This document shows, piece by piece, positions 1 to 12,186 of a stretch of DNA of 64,000 bases. This DNA is from Amoebidium appalachense. Lineage: Eukaryota; Protista; Ichthyosporea. Location of the stretch: assembly GCA_963693365.1 (NCBI GenBank), contig CAVNZM010000010.1, forward strand, positions 8,123,794-8,187,793, read 5' to 3'. The position numbers were made by a program, and so were the translations under genes. The notes beneath the pieces are model-generated. The model was not told where the DNA came from and searched no databases. It saw nothing but the letters and a program-made list of their open reading frames with translations. Numbering within the stretch: the first letter of the stretch is position 1; each line of letters begins with the position of its first letter.

Positions 1-333
1 TGCTTGTGTCCTTGTACGTGTGCATGTGCGCTGAACGCATGTGTATAAGCGCATTGATACCGTGTATGCGGAACTCTGGTGGGGAATCACACGTGTGTAC
101 GTGTGTGTGCAAGAGTGTGTGCTTCCTACGTGTCTCTGCTCATTGCATCTTCCACCCAGAGCCCCCTCTAGCTACTCCCCCACCCATCCGCAAGCACAAA
201 AGCACACACAGACACAGACATGCAAGCAACCCCCACACCCCCCACCCCACCCCACCCCACCAAGCCCTCACCACAATCCTCCCTTGCCCCAACACACAAA
301 CCCCTTCCCCACCCTTTCACCCATCACACGCAC

Positions 334-385
<52 letters not shown>

Positions 386-390
386 CCTAC

Positions 391-1023
391 CGGCATCATG
401 ACATTGTAGCAGAACTCCAGCTCCCCCTTGTGGGCCCGTCTTTGCCTCACCCCATTTATGATGTCCTGGGGCGGCATGGCCTTAGCATGGAAGAATGCAT
501 CCCCATGCCATATTATGGAAGGATGCACCGGCATACCATGTATGGGAAACGTATCCACATGTCTTATATGGAAGAATGCATCCACACGCCCTCTATGGAA
601 GAATGCATCCCCACGCCTTACAAGGAAAGATGTATCACATGCATCCGTGGGTGCACGTGCGCGGCAAGCGGCCGCCACACAAACACAGCACACACCGGTA
701 TAGGGCAACCCTCAACAAATACGCACACGAGTGTACAGCAGGCAGACAGACGCGCACACAGAAACATACAACAAGACATCCGGGCAACAGGCCTGTCTAC
801 ACCCTAAGGCAGGCTCCTGCCCACACATCACAAGACATAGGCCGTTGTAGGATACAGATGTGCACCCAGCACACGAATGCACGTGCACGCGCGCATACGT
901 GTGAGCACACACACATATTCACAAACAAGCACCCACATGCACAGGTACGCATATATACACACGCCCGCACACACACACACAAACGAACGCACGCATCACA
1001 TGTGCACACACGCAAGCGCGCGT

Positions 1024-1057
<34 letters not shown>

Positions 1058-2195
1058 GCAGACATGCATGCACGCACACACTCTTGCGCACAGATACACG
1101 CGGGCAGGGCCGTGCGAATGCAGGAGAGGACGAAGACACAAACGCACGACAAACAAACAAGCGGGAAGCACTTGCCACCCCGCCACCCCCCCTCCCCCCC
1201 CTCTCCAACCCCAAACATCCTCCCCTTCAATCGTGTGCACGTGTGTGGCCCTCTCAGACAGCAGGGTAGGGTTTGGGGTGGCCTACCGGGCCCACGACCT
1301 CCTCCGGGGGTGGTGCAGGGGCCTTTTTCGAGCCCACGCGCATAGCCTTCCCACCGGGCCGAGGCACAACCACCTTTCCGGGCCGGTCCGTCTCCGGCAC
1401 CGACCCGTTTTGCCCCGTGCCGTTGGCGTCATCGAGCTTGTTCCGTTTGGCCGGACTGCACACCCAGAGGGTGGCCCCCGCCAAACGTCAGTCACAGCAC
1501 CAGGAAACATGGGCAAGATGGGTGGGATGGGAAGGTGTCGTTTTTTTTGCAAAATCTTTTGTGTCATACACGACAGTGGTTGCAGTTTAAGCGGGGATTT
1601 GTGGTTGCTTGCACCGTGCACACACCCACAAGTTCAGGAGCCACACAAAGGTTCGCTGGGAGGGGACGAAATGAGCTGGGAAGAGGGGGGAAGTCGAACG
1701 TCACAAAAGGGGGAACGACAACAAGGAGAGGGCAGGAAAGAAAAAGCCCAACTTCTTTTTGACCCTTTCAGCACTGTGTTGCCTTTCTCACACGCATGCA
1801 AACGGTGCTGAGCTTACGTGGAGGTTTATTTATTTTTGTGTATTTTGAAAAGGGGTGCTTAAGCCCGGACTACACCAGTAGCAGTAAAGACAAAAAACAT
1901 GAATAGCTCCTCTGGCCCTTGCACATAATTTGCTAAAACAACCCACCTCCAACACTGCCACCACCATCACCAGCCCCGGCACCCATCTCTCGCCTCTCAC
2001 GCACACCCATGTACCTAAACCATGCACACCCATGCACACGCAGCACGCTCACACACACACACACACACACCCTCCCTACGTCACGGGGGGCACCGACCGC
2101 GTGTCTTCCTCCTGGTCATCCTCATCCAGAGGCGGCCTTTTTCCCCTCTTGCCGGGACCGGGGGGCTGCTCGGAAGAGTTCACAAACCGGGCCAT
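391..2195 (-). CDS. 5' part of a spliced gene of unknown function (continues off the window start)
   Basis: Three phase-compatible GT-AG exons, 2195-2080, 1455-1287 and 465-391, give MARFVNSSEQPPGPGKRGKRPPLDEDDQEEDTRSVPPVTPAKRNKLDD...EEVVGP/DIINGVRQRRAHKGELEFCYNVMMP. Basic NLS-like stretches and a TPAK motif are present. No family recognised; the start codon is uncertain. Confidence 0.6.
488..627. repeat. Degenerate ~27-bp tandem repeat (ATGGAAGAATGCATCC...) in an intron
   Basis: About five imperfect copies of atggaagaatgcatcc(c/a)ca(t/c)gcc are visible. Confidence 0.7.
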
Positions 2196-2512
2196 AGTCA
2201 CTGCGCGGGCCAAACGCCACTGCCCTGCATGGGTGGTTGGCCGGCCCTCTACCACAAAAAAGGAAACATCGTATGAGCTACACACACAGTAAGCTATTAC
2301 TTGGCAAGTGCATGCATGAACATAGAAACGTTTCACGTTCTGCACCGGTACCATGACTGTGTGTGCACAGCAAGGCCTCCTAGATACAACAGGAGGCCTT
2401 CAAGGGGTCACTGACTGGTGCACAGTCAGCTGGTCAGCGACGCCTCAGGAATTCTTATGGGCCAGAAAGCTATATTTAGCAACATAGAATACAAATGTGG
2501 CTATATATAGAA

Positions 2513-2723
2513 GGGGGTTTACGCTGTTTACTCGAGGTAAAGAGAGACCAGTCTCAGGTTGGATATGGGGGGTTTTTGCTCGGAATATCCCCTCAGCGGT
2601 ATATCATGATCACGTACATAGATGTCGGGTGATGACTATATATCAGGGTTTACTTTCTCTACGAGACACCATAAAGACTAAGAAAATCAATTAGTTGGGG
2701 TTCCCCGTTTTTCTTTTTTTTTT

Positions 2724-2776
<53 letters not shown>

Positions 2777-2801
2777 CCCTGGGACACTCGGTATCAGCTG
2801 G

Positions 2802-2872
<71 letters not shown>

Positions 2873-5417
2873 CGCTAGAATTTTGTAGTGATGTATTTCT
2901 CAAGCCAATCAATACATCTAATAAACAGGTCGTAGTTACGCGTGTTTAGTATAAAATCAAGGATGTTGTAATTTACAGGTAGGCTATCTTTCTGGGTGTC
3001 TGTTGTGAATGTGAGGTGTGTGTGTTTCGGTATTATGTGGTCTATCAAACTACATTTGGCGATACATGACCGTTTAAACTGGTGTGTGTGTGTGTTGTTT
3101 GGGCATGCAAACGATGCCACCTTAAACTTATTAGATCTCCACTGTATAGCACGTGTACGTGTGCAGTAAAAGCGTGGTAATTGATCAATAATACCATCAG
3201 CTAGAGAAAGACCACGGCCATCTAGAAACACCTAGATGGCCGTGAGAAAGACCAGTTCTACAGGAAGGTAATATGTATTTAGGTGTTATACATGTGCGAG
3301 TGCCATATTTGGCAATATGGTTGAGGCGGTCATTATATAGAAAACGAGACATCAATAAGGCTTAGTTTTTCAAGGTGTCTGCTTTCATCGGGTCTAGTGT
3401 CGTGTGGTATCTTTCCCATTTGTTATATTGCGTGATTATCTTGTGATTGTGTACATGTTTGATAAGTAAGTGGCAGTCCAAAGTCACACGCACACTTTTG
3501 CGGGGTTTATTTGTATTTGTGCCCGGGGGAGAAGGAGAGAGAGAGGGAAGGAAAGAGGGGAGAGGTGAGGAGGGGACAGGTTGGATAGAGAAGAGAGGGT
3601 GGGAGGGCAGATACTTCTTTAAGCGGCTTATGTGCTTATTGAATTTCAGCGCGAGATGGGATACTCTAGTAGCTATTGGAACCAGACCATATATCGAGAG
3701 CGTTACAGGCCCAGGTTTACAACAGTTGTTAGATAGAAAGGAGGCAACTTCTGCTTCAAGGAAATTTGCCAAGGGTTTAAGCGCTCTACTAGTTCTCTCT
3801 TTCTTGATCTAAGCGGCGAGAAGGGGTAAACCATATTCACATGCCGGGAAGACAAAAGTGCGAATAAATGTAAGTCTAATAGAAGGATGGAGGGGTGTGT
3901 CTTTAAAAATATTAGCCGAGAAGAAAGCTAACCGCTTACTAACGAGCCAACTCTACCCTCTTTTCAACCATATATATGGGAAAACATAACACCAACAGAA
4001 TTAACCGGAACACCAAGATATGTGTATTCTGGAACTATAGGTACAGGTTTAGATGATAATGTAAATGTGCGTAAATTGTTAGCTATATCAGGTTACCGTA
4101 CAAGAACACCACATTTGTCTATGTTAAGGATCATAAGGTTTGCCTTGCACCACTCTGACACTACATCGAACAATCTTTGCAGGCGTCTACTAGGGGTACG
4201 GGCAAGGAGGGACTCGATCATCAGCATAGAGAAGTGCAGGCGGAAAGTTATTAATAGGGACCCATCATTTTCGGCATAAATCTTGACAGCCAAATCATCT
4301 ATAAATAGGTTAAACAAAAAGGGGCTAAGCAATGAACCCTGCAAAAGACCTCTAGTACGAGCAAATTTTTGAAACCATTTGAAAGATGCCCATTAACCAC
4401 AGCGCTACTATAGGTTTGAGACAAGAGTGCTTCTAACAGAACACCAATGCAGTGTGGTACACCCCGTGCAGCAAGCTTTTCCCATAGGAGACCAGGGGAG
4501 ACAGAATCGTAAGCAGTTTTCCAATCAATAAAGCCAACATATCGTGCACCAACTTGCATAGAATCGTGCAGTGCCCGGCATTATTTGAACATAACATGAA
4601 TTGTTTTTACGAAAAGCGGATTGGCATGGGTGTATGTGAAGAAGAGATTGAAACCTAGGGTGATGTGCAAATAACCTAAGCAAGCAAGCTTCAAAGAATC
4701 TACGAACAACCTGGGTTAGTGTGATGGGGCGAAAGGATGATATGGGGCCCTCAGAGTCCTTCTTAACTATGGGGATCACTAAGGTATCTAACCAAGATGA
4801 CGGGACATGTCCACATTTAACACACCAAGAAAAGAGAGAGCTTAACATGATAGTAAGATCACGTTTAATAGCACGATCACTTTCCTTTTGTGGGTAGGAG
4901 GGAACAAGGATATTAAGAAACCCAGCAGGGAGTCCATCAGGTCCACAAGACTTACTAGAGCTATAACTAGATATCACAGACCATATGGTATCGGGACTGA
5001 AAAAGGGGAGGATCGATTCTATGGGGATAGATGGGTCTACTGAGGCCACACAATAGGTTTCTGAGCGGGGGTCCTATCTTTAAACAGTTCCGAGAAATAC
5101 TTATCAGAGTCTATGAGGGGGTCTCCAGTGGTATCACCAATAATAAGAGCAGGGGGGCCAAATCGATTCATACTAGCCAGTCAATTGAAAAATAGCAAGC
5201 CGGCGCAAGCTTTCCTTTTGAGACAGGGGTTCACCTGGTCTAGCGGGAGTGGTGTTTGGTAACAAGATCTAGAGAGCATCGGGATATTCCTTCCTACCAC
5301 CACCAACATAATCACCGAGATCTATTAAGGTCCTTAAATCATCAACAATAAAGTTAGTGCATGTATCTAGTACGAGATGTGAATCTGGTCTGGCTTGTGC
5401 AGATTCTAATAGGCGCA
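2513..5417 (-). mobile_element. 5'-truncated, decayed non-LTR (LINE-like) retrotransposon with RT domain and unusual 3' terminal module
   Basis: Non-LTR RT motifs occur in order across frameshifts: SCGPDGLP, WLDTLVIPIVKK..FRPITL, QSAFRK, FIDWKTAYDSV, QGSLLSPFLFNLFIDDL, YADD (4228-4217), LNIDKCGV. A Cys/His C-terminal region ends YNILDFILN...KF* (stop 2875-2877). The 3' UTR runs (CA)n, C-run, A-tract (2708-2733), then a 195-nt module (2513-2707). Candidate TSD TATATATAG at 2502-2510 and 5418-5426. Confidence 0.9.
3213..3244. mobile_element. 32-bp micro TIR element with 8-bp TSD nested in the retroelement
   Basis: AGAAAGAC|CACGGCCATCTAG-AAACAC-CTAGATGGCCGTG|AGAAAGAC. The paralogous retroelement copy has the empty site (single AGAAAGAC, 60375-60382). 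Confidence 0.8.
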
Positions 5418-5522
5418 TATATATAGGGTGTTTCGTTGCATAGCATACACATACATCAACTCTACCCCACTGTGACTTAAGCTGGGATAGACGGAGGCGA
5501 AATAGGCGTGGTGCGAAGCGGC

Positions 5523-5585
5523 GGTCATGCCGCATGCGTGACATCTGGGTTTAAAATCTGGGTTTGGGTTTGGGTATTTGGGTAC
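5523..5585 (-). repeat. Short dispersed repeat, with an inverted copy at ~38789-38850
   Basis: The reverse complement gtacccaaatacccaaacccaaacccagattttaaacccagatgtcacgcatgcggcatgac aligns with gtacccagattcctaacccagacctagatttgaaacccagatatcacgcatgtggtatgac at 38789. Confidence 0.65.
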
Positions 5586-7091
5586 AGTATATGTAGTCGC
5601 CAATGATTATATATGTAAATACGTGCGTGTTGAAATAACGTTGACATCGTGTTACACATGGCATGCATTCCGTGGCCAAGACTGACTGTCAGCGGATACT
5701 TCGAATTGGCTCCCGGGCCGCGATGCTGGGACAGGGTGTCATCATGATAGGAATGCAGCACAAACACGGTGAAGAGCGCACGCTGAAAGGTGTTTGACCG
5801 CCATATTTGTACTTGGGATACTTTTCTTCACACAAAAATCCCTAGCTGTCAAACACGCATACAGCATCCGCCTTTCGTATGTGGCAACTTCGATCCGATT
5901 CATATGATTGCTTGACCCATTTCAAACTCACATGATAGCACACCATGGCCTTTCATCCACCAAGTCCCTCAATCAACATCACTTGCACGATGAGAAGGTG
6001 GAGAAAGTCCACACGAGGCCTCAATTCATCTGGTGGTGTACGACCAAGAACACTTGGCTTTAGCTAGTAGAGAGGCCTCAAAGGTGCCATTGCCATGAAG
6101 ATGTAGGAAAATACCCGTTTCCACACACACACCTTTCGAGTTTCCTTCCTCCCCACACCCACTACAGTACCATCCATATTAGCCCCCTGCCCTCTACTGC
6201 AACTGATTGCCACAGGACTTGCGCGCAGCTTCTGCACTTAACTTTGTCGTACGGTTTTCTGTGGACTGTGCCTCCCCCCCCCCCCCCCCCCCCCCCCCCT
6301 CACCCCCAACAACAACAACCCAACCCAAAAGAAAAGATTGAAAACACACACACACCGTCACCCACAACCATGTGCACCCGCCCACCCCAAAGCACCTACA
6401 CATACACACACACACCGCCTATCCTGCCCCCAAACACACACACACAACAAGGACAGCTACACACAACACTGGCACATTATGCACCTGCTGAATCATTCAA
6501 AGAGCCTAGATCCATGTGCACACACCCATATTGAACAAGCGCCCTTTCACGGCAATGGGAACCCTTGGTAGCTGCGGCCACACGACACTTCTGAGCTCCG
6601 AGTCAGACTCAACACGTTCTTTATTAATTCAAGAACACACCCTTCCCGGGCCCCCACCCCTAAAAAGTGGGGCACCGCACTGCCTGTCTTCTATACATGG
6701 ATTCAAAAAATTGATTCTGAAATATCAAGGTGGCTAAACGGCCCATTTGAACACCCACAGGCAACACCCCGAAATTTAGTGTGTGAAAACTCCTTGCACA
6801 CTCGGGCCATACAACTTTTAAAGTGCGACAAAATGCAGCCTTATTGTGAACTGCTGGCAAATCAATAATGGGAAACTGAATTGTGCAATTTGTAAACCGT
6901 GGGCAATGATATATGGCTCCCTTCGCAGTTTAGAACGCGCGTAACTGCCCTATACAGAGGGATACAAGAAGTTCCAAAAACATGTCCAACTGTCTCCAAA
7001 AAAAAAAAAAACACCGGTTGTCGTTTAAATCATCAGATAGTCTTCAGCAAGACTAAATTGGGCTACACACATCAAGGAGCTGTGGTTGCTC

Positions 7092-7148
7092 TTACTCCAC
7101 AAAGGCAGTGGTGGCTGCCGTGGCAATGCCGCACTTTGCCTGTGTGTG

Positions 7149-7213
<65 letters not shown>

Positions 7214-7414
7214 TGTGTATGCGTGCGCATGTATTTGTAACTTCGGAGCGTGAGGGGAACGAGTGTGTTAATGTTCAGCTTGTATGTGAGTGTACAAGCT
7301 TGCGTTAGCTTGTGATCGAGTCAATTCTGGTCCATGAAAAGACCAAACCACACCGTCAATTAGAAACTTATCTGCTTGTGCCTCCCCCCCCCCCCCCCCC
7401 CCACCACCACCACC

Positions 7415-7463
<49 letters not shown>

Positions 7464-7889
7464 GCGCGCACACAGGAAAGGCCATACGCACAAAAACAGG
7501 CACCATGTATAGACCGACAAGACAGCCAACATACCCCTCACCTACCCACACAAATTCGCAACAAAGAGTATCCAAGGCCTCACTCCTTCATCTCTAACCT
7601 ACCCTATTCGACATCGTCCCATCCAAAAAGCCCCCCCCCCCCCCCCCCCCCCCCCCTCCCTTCCCTCCCCCCTCCCCCTCCCCCGCCCAACCCCACACAC
7701 GCAAATATTTCAAGTATATATTTATAAAACATGAAAGGGTGAAAAGGGAAGACAAAAAACATGCACGTATGCAAGCGCACTGGCATAGGACAGACAGGCA
7801 CGTACCTTGCCACGGATCATGCGGAAGTAGCCGCTCTCACCCCAATTAGCACTCCTGCATGTGCACGTGTACGGGTCAGCTCTGGTGTA

Positions 7890-7925
<36 letters not shown>

Positions 7926-8140
7926 CCTCCTCCTCCAGCACCATCTCCACCCCCAAAGATCCTGGCTCATGCATACACAGCACACAATCACCTTACCCTA
8001 GACACCAACGTACACTTGGCAACACAGAGCACAAAGGCCAGGCAAACAAATGCAGATGCAACGTGCCAAATCATGTTATGTGAATCTCCATAGTTCCCGG
8101 TGTTTGTTCCTTTGCCACGGCATATAGATCCCCCTCTATT

Positions 8141-8179
<39 letters not shown>

Positions 8180-8357
8180 GACACACGCACGCGCACACAC
8201 ATGCTGTGCAGGTGCCTCTGCCCTTCTCCACTATAGCGCCCAAAACAAAAGCCTCCACCATCGCAGTGGAAAAAGTGACTTACCAGGAGTTCTGTGTATT
8301 GGAGGCAACAGCGGCAGAATTCGTACGTTGGTTGTTGACGATGTCATGGTCACATGG

Positions 8358-8430
<73 letters not shown>

Positions 8431-10379
8431 GGGAGGGCGGAGGGAGGGAGGGAAGGTATGAAGGGGGTGTGAAGCAGGGGTAGGGCATGGGAAGGGGCAG
8501 GACAGGAGAGGGGATAGTGGTGTGTGTGTGTGTGTGCGTGCGCGCCCACACGTGCGTGTGTGTGTGATGTGTGTGTGTGCACGTGTGTAGGGGGGGGGGG
8601 GGGGGGGGGGAGGGGGGAGGGGAGGACGAGCAAACAGTCAGTGAACGAGGATAAAAGAAATCCAGGAAAAAGAAGGGCTGTGAGTAAATTAGTCGGTCAA
8701 TCCACTACACACTTTACAACTACGAAGCTGGACACCAATAAGCCCATCAGGTTGGTGTGGTGGCACTCACAACACTGATCCGTCTCATGAAAACCATATC
8801 AGGAAATCGTGAGCCCAGGGTGTGGAAAATAGAACTGTAACAGACAACATCCCAGAGTCCAGCAGTAAATGCACATGCAATTGTGCGCCCACATTATTCC
8901 TTTCAATTTCGTCTCTCTCCTCCTCCTGCTCCTTTGTATCCTTATCATTGAATCTGTTTTATTTCTTTCCCCCTGCCTTCACTTTTTCTTTCTCCTCCTC
9001 CTCCTCCTCCTTCCTCTTTCTTTTTTTTATGGGGGGGAAGGGGGGGGGGGGGGGGGGGGGAGGGCTCATTCACCTTGACAATCCAGTAGTCCTTGCCCAT
9101 GGCAGTGCCGTAGCCCACAATCAGGACGGCATGGTTAAGGCGGGAGCAGAAAATGGGGTTCCAGATCCCTGCAAACAGTGGCCAAGTCAGATGGGCCAGG
9201 TGGTGTTGCGTCGGTGCTCCTTTTACACAGAGCTGTTACAGATACGCTCACACGTGTTTGCTCGTTCGCATGTACTAAAGTGGGGTACAAGACTAAGTGA
9301 CATGCACTCACCCCATTATAAGGCATCAGGAATACCCTTTGCTGCTCCTGCACTCGCACAAACCCGTGCAAACAATCACACATTCCATTGATTGAGGCCG
9401 AAGTTATGCTGTGTGGATATTCCATTGTGTATGAGGGACTAACATACCCTTAAAGTAGAACTGCAGCATGGTTGCGTCTATGGCCACACTGATTGGTCCG
9501 TACTTGACCAGTGCCGCCTTGATCTGCTCCTCGTCCTGCTCGATCTATGCCCCCACACAGTCAGCCACCAACCACCATATCACATCACGGGCTTTTGCCT
9601 CCCCCCCCCCCCCCCCCCCCCCCCAAAAAAAAACAAACAAAATAAAAGAGCCCATCCTCAGCAGGGGCGGTAGTCATCCACAGGGGAACGGCGCGGGGGA
9701 GCCCGGGGGGGGGGGGGGGGGGGGGGAAGGGGGAATCCATGCTAAATGTGATATTAAGTACAACTACACAACAAGAAAAACGATGCAGGGCTTTATGGAG
9801 GGGGGGGGGGGGGGGGGGGGGGGACATACTACACCCCAGCTAGTGACCTTTGCAGCCACATTGCTGGCGGACAGTGTGTTGCAGATGTTGCGCTTACGGT
9901 CACAGGTCAGGTCAGAGTCTGGGGGTGTGGATGGGTAAGTGGTGGGGATGGTGGATGGAGTGTGGATGTATGTGCATGAGCGCGTGCCCGAGCGTGTGTG
10001 GGAGGGGGGGAATATGTTGCATGTGCAGAGATACTTGGTCCAGCACGTGTTACAGGGAAGAACAGTGGAAAGAGCCGGGGGTCATGGTTGCAGCAAAGAG
10101 CAAGGAGCAAGAAACACAAATGGAGTCGAGAAGGGATGATAAGGTGGGTGGATGGGTGGGGGGTCTATGTTGGGCGAAAGGGATAGGCATGTGGCAGGGC
10201 TGGAGAGAGGGCGTGGGGGGAGGGGAGGAAGGGGGGAAGGGGGGGAAGGGGGGGGGGGGGGGGGGGGGGGGGGTCACTCACGGTCACCACACATGGTCTT
10301 GTTGTATTTGGGGGCCATGCAGGGCATGCAGCCAGAGGCATCCCCGGCACAGTAGGGCAGAGAGTCCCACGACACAAGC

Positions 10380-10454
<75 letters not shown>

Positions 10455-12139
10455 AGAATTGGGTTACTTTTTGATTATTGATTTACACACCCCAACGAAG
10501 CAGCAAGTGTTTGATGATCATCACAAATGAAACAGCACCCGCGGGCTATCCACGGTCCCCAGCCCAACATATACACCCACGTAGCTCTCCCCATAAACTC
10601 TGCAGCTATCGGCACAACAATGCAACAAGGCAGTCTCAGCCAGCACCTCACCTTTTCCCACAATGACATCGGAACACGACATTTACAACAAAGACATGCA
10701 TGCACATACCTCCGCTCTTCATAGCATACTGGTAGGCCAGGCTGGGCCAGCCGCCAAAGGCCCCACAGTCCAAGGCATCACACTCGACCATCTGCTCAAC
10801 AGACACAGGCACCATCTTGTTGTGCTTGACGTACGACACACCTTCGATGTTGCCTGGGTGTGCATGTGTGTGAGCACAGGACGAAGGCATGGAAATTGTA
10901 AGAATTGGAGTCGTTTAGAAGGCCCGTGCAGGGGCGAAAGAGAAGCAATTCTTTGGCTTGCTGGGCTTCAGCTTTACCACGACCCTCCCCCCCCCCCCCC
11001 CCACACACACACACACACACCCCCCCCCTCCCCTCCTCCCGCCCCCCTTTGGCCCCCAATGAATCATATATACTCCCCCCCCCCCCCCCCCCAAAAAAAA
11101 AAAAAAAAAGAAAAAAAACAAAACAAAAAAATACAGGAAGAATCACGCAAAGAAAGGAAAAAACATGCCCCAAACACCCCGCTTCCCCCCATACACACAC
11201 CTGCGGCTGAGAATGCCCAGCAGCTGCCGATGGACCCCTGGTTCCGAACATCGCTCACAGCCCCATGCTCCCGCCTGTGAATAACGGCAGCAAATTAGAT
11301 AATGTGATTGGTGGACAAACATCTATACATGTAAACATATACATGCATGCATATCATAGATCGCAGTATACCAAGTTTGCATGGATACCTATCATTCTCC
11401 CCAACCAATCATCCCTCTCGAAAAACCTGCCTCCTCCCCCCCCCCCCCCTTCCCCCCCAAACCCACCTCCCCTCTCCCCTCCTTCTCTGCAAAAAAACCC
11501 GCAAATTCTCGATAGGAAAAAAAAATGAATGAAGAATAAAACTGAGTTTGTGTGTCTCTTATAACTCTCTTTCCCCTTCGTCTGGGATGATTCCTTTAAT
11601 TTTTTTTCCTTTTTGAATGGGTGGGTGGATGTGTGGGTTGGTGGTTGGTGGTTGAGAGGAGGGGGAGGAGGGGGGGGGGGAGGGGGAGGAGGAAGGGGGA
11701 GGGGGGGGGGGGGGGAGGGGAGGGTTCTGACCAGTCCCACTCGGCAGGCAGATCCTTTGTGTCGAGTTTGGGCAGGTAGTCGGAGCGGTCATAGGGGGGG
11801 CCAGGCTCGTTGAGGGACATCAGAAAGTCCTGCACACCAACCAGTGAGCACCAAGGTCGAGCATGGGCGGTTACTGGGTGGCTTTCGAACCACTAATCTT
11901 TTTTCTTCACACATAGAAGATCCGTTATTGCTTCAACCAACCACCAGTTCAAAGACCAACATAAGGTTCTGCTATAGGCTCCATCAGGTTGATTGGGAGC
12001 TCATTCGCTCAGTCTCATACAACATTCTGTTAGCAAGCAACTTGCCCGGCCTACCCAGTCATTCCCTTGCAATAGTACACACACACACAAGTCCGTGCCC
12101 ACACACATGCACGTAACACCACACACAAACATACACAAG

Positions 12140-12186
<47 letters not shown>

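Noticed and set aside
5640-6260. Possible exons or transposon remnant between the retroelement and the cathepsin
   Set aside because: No consistent frame, splice chain or recognisable motif.
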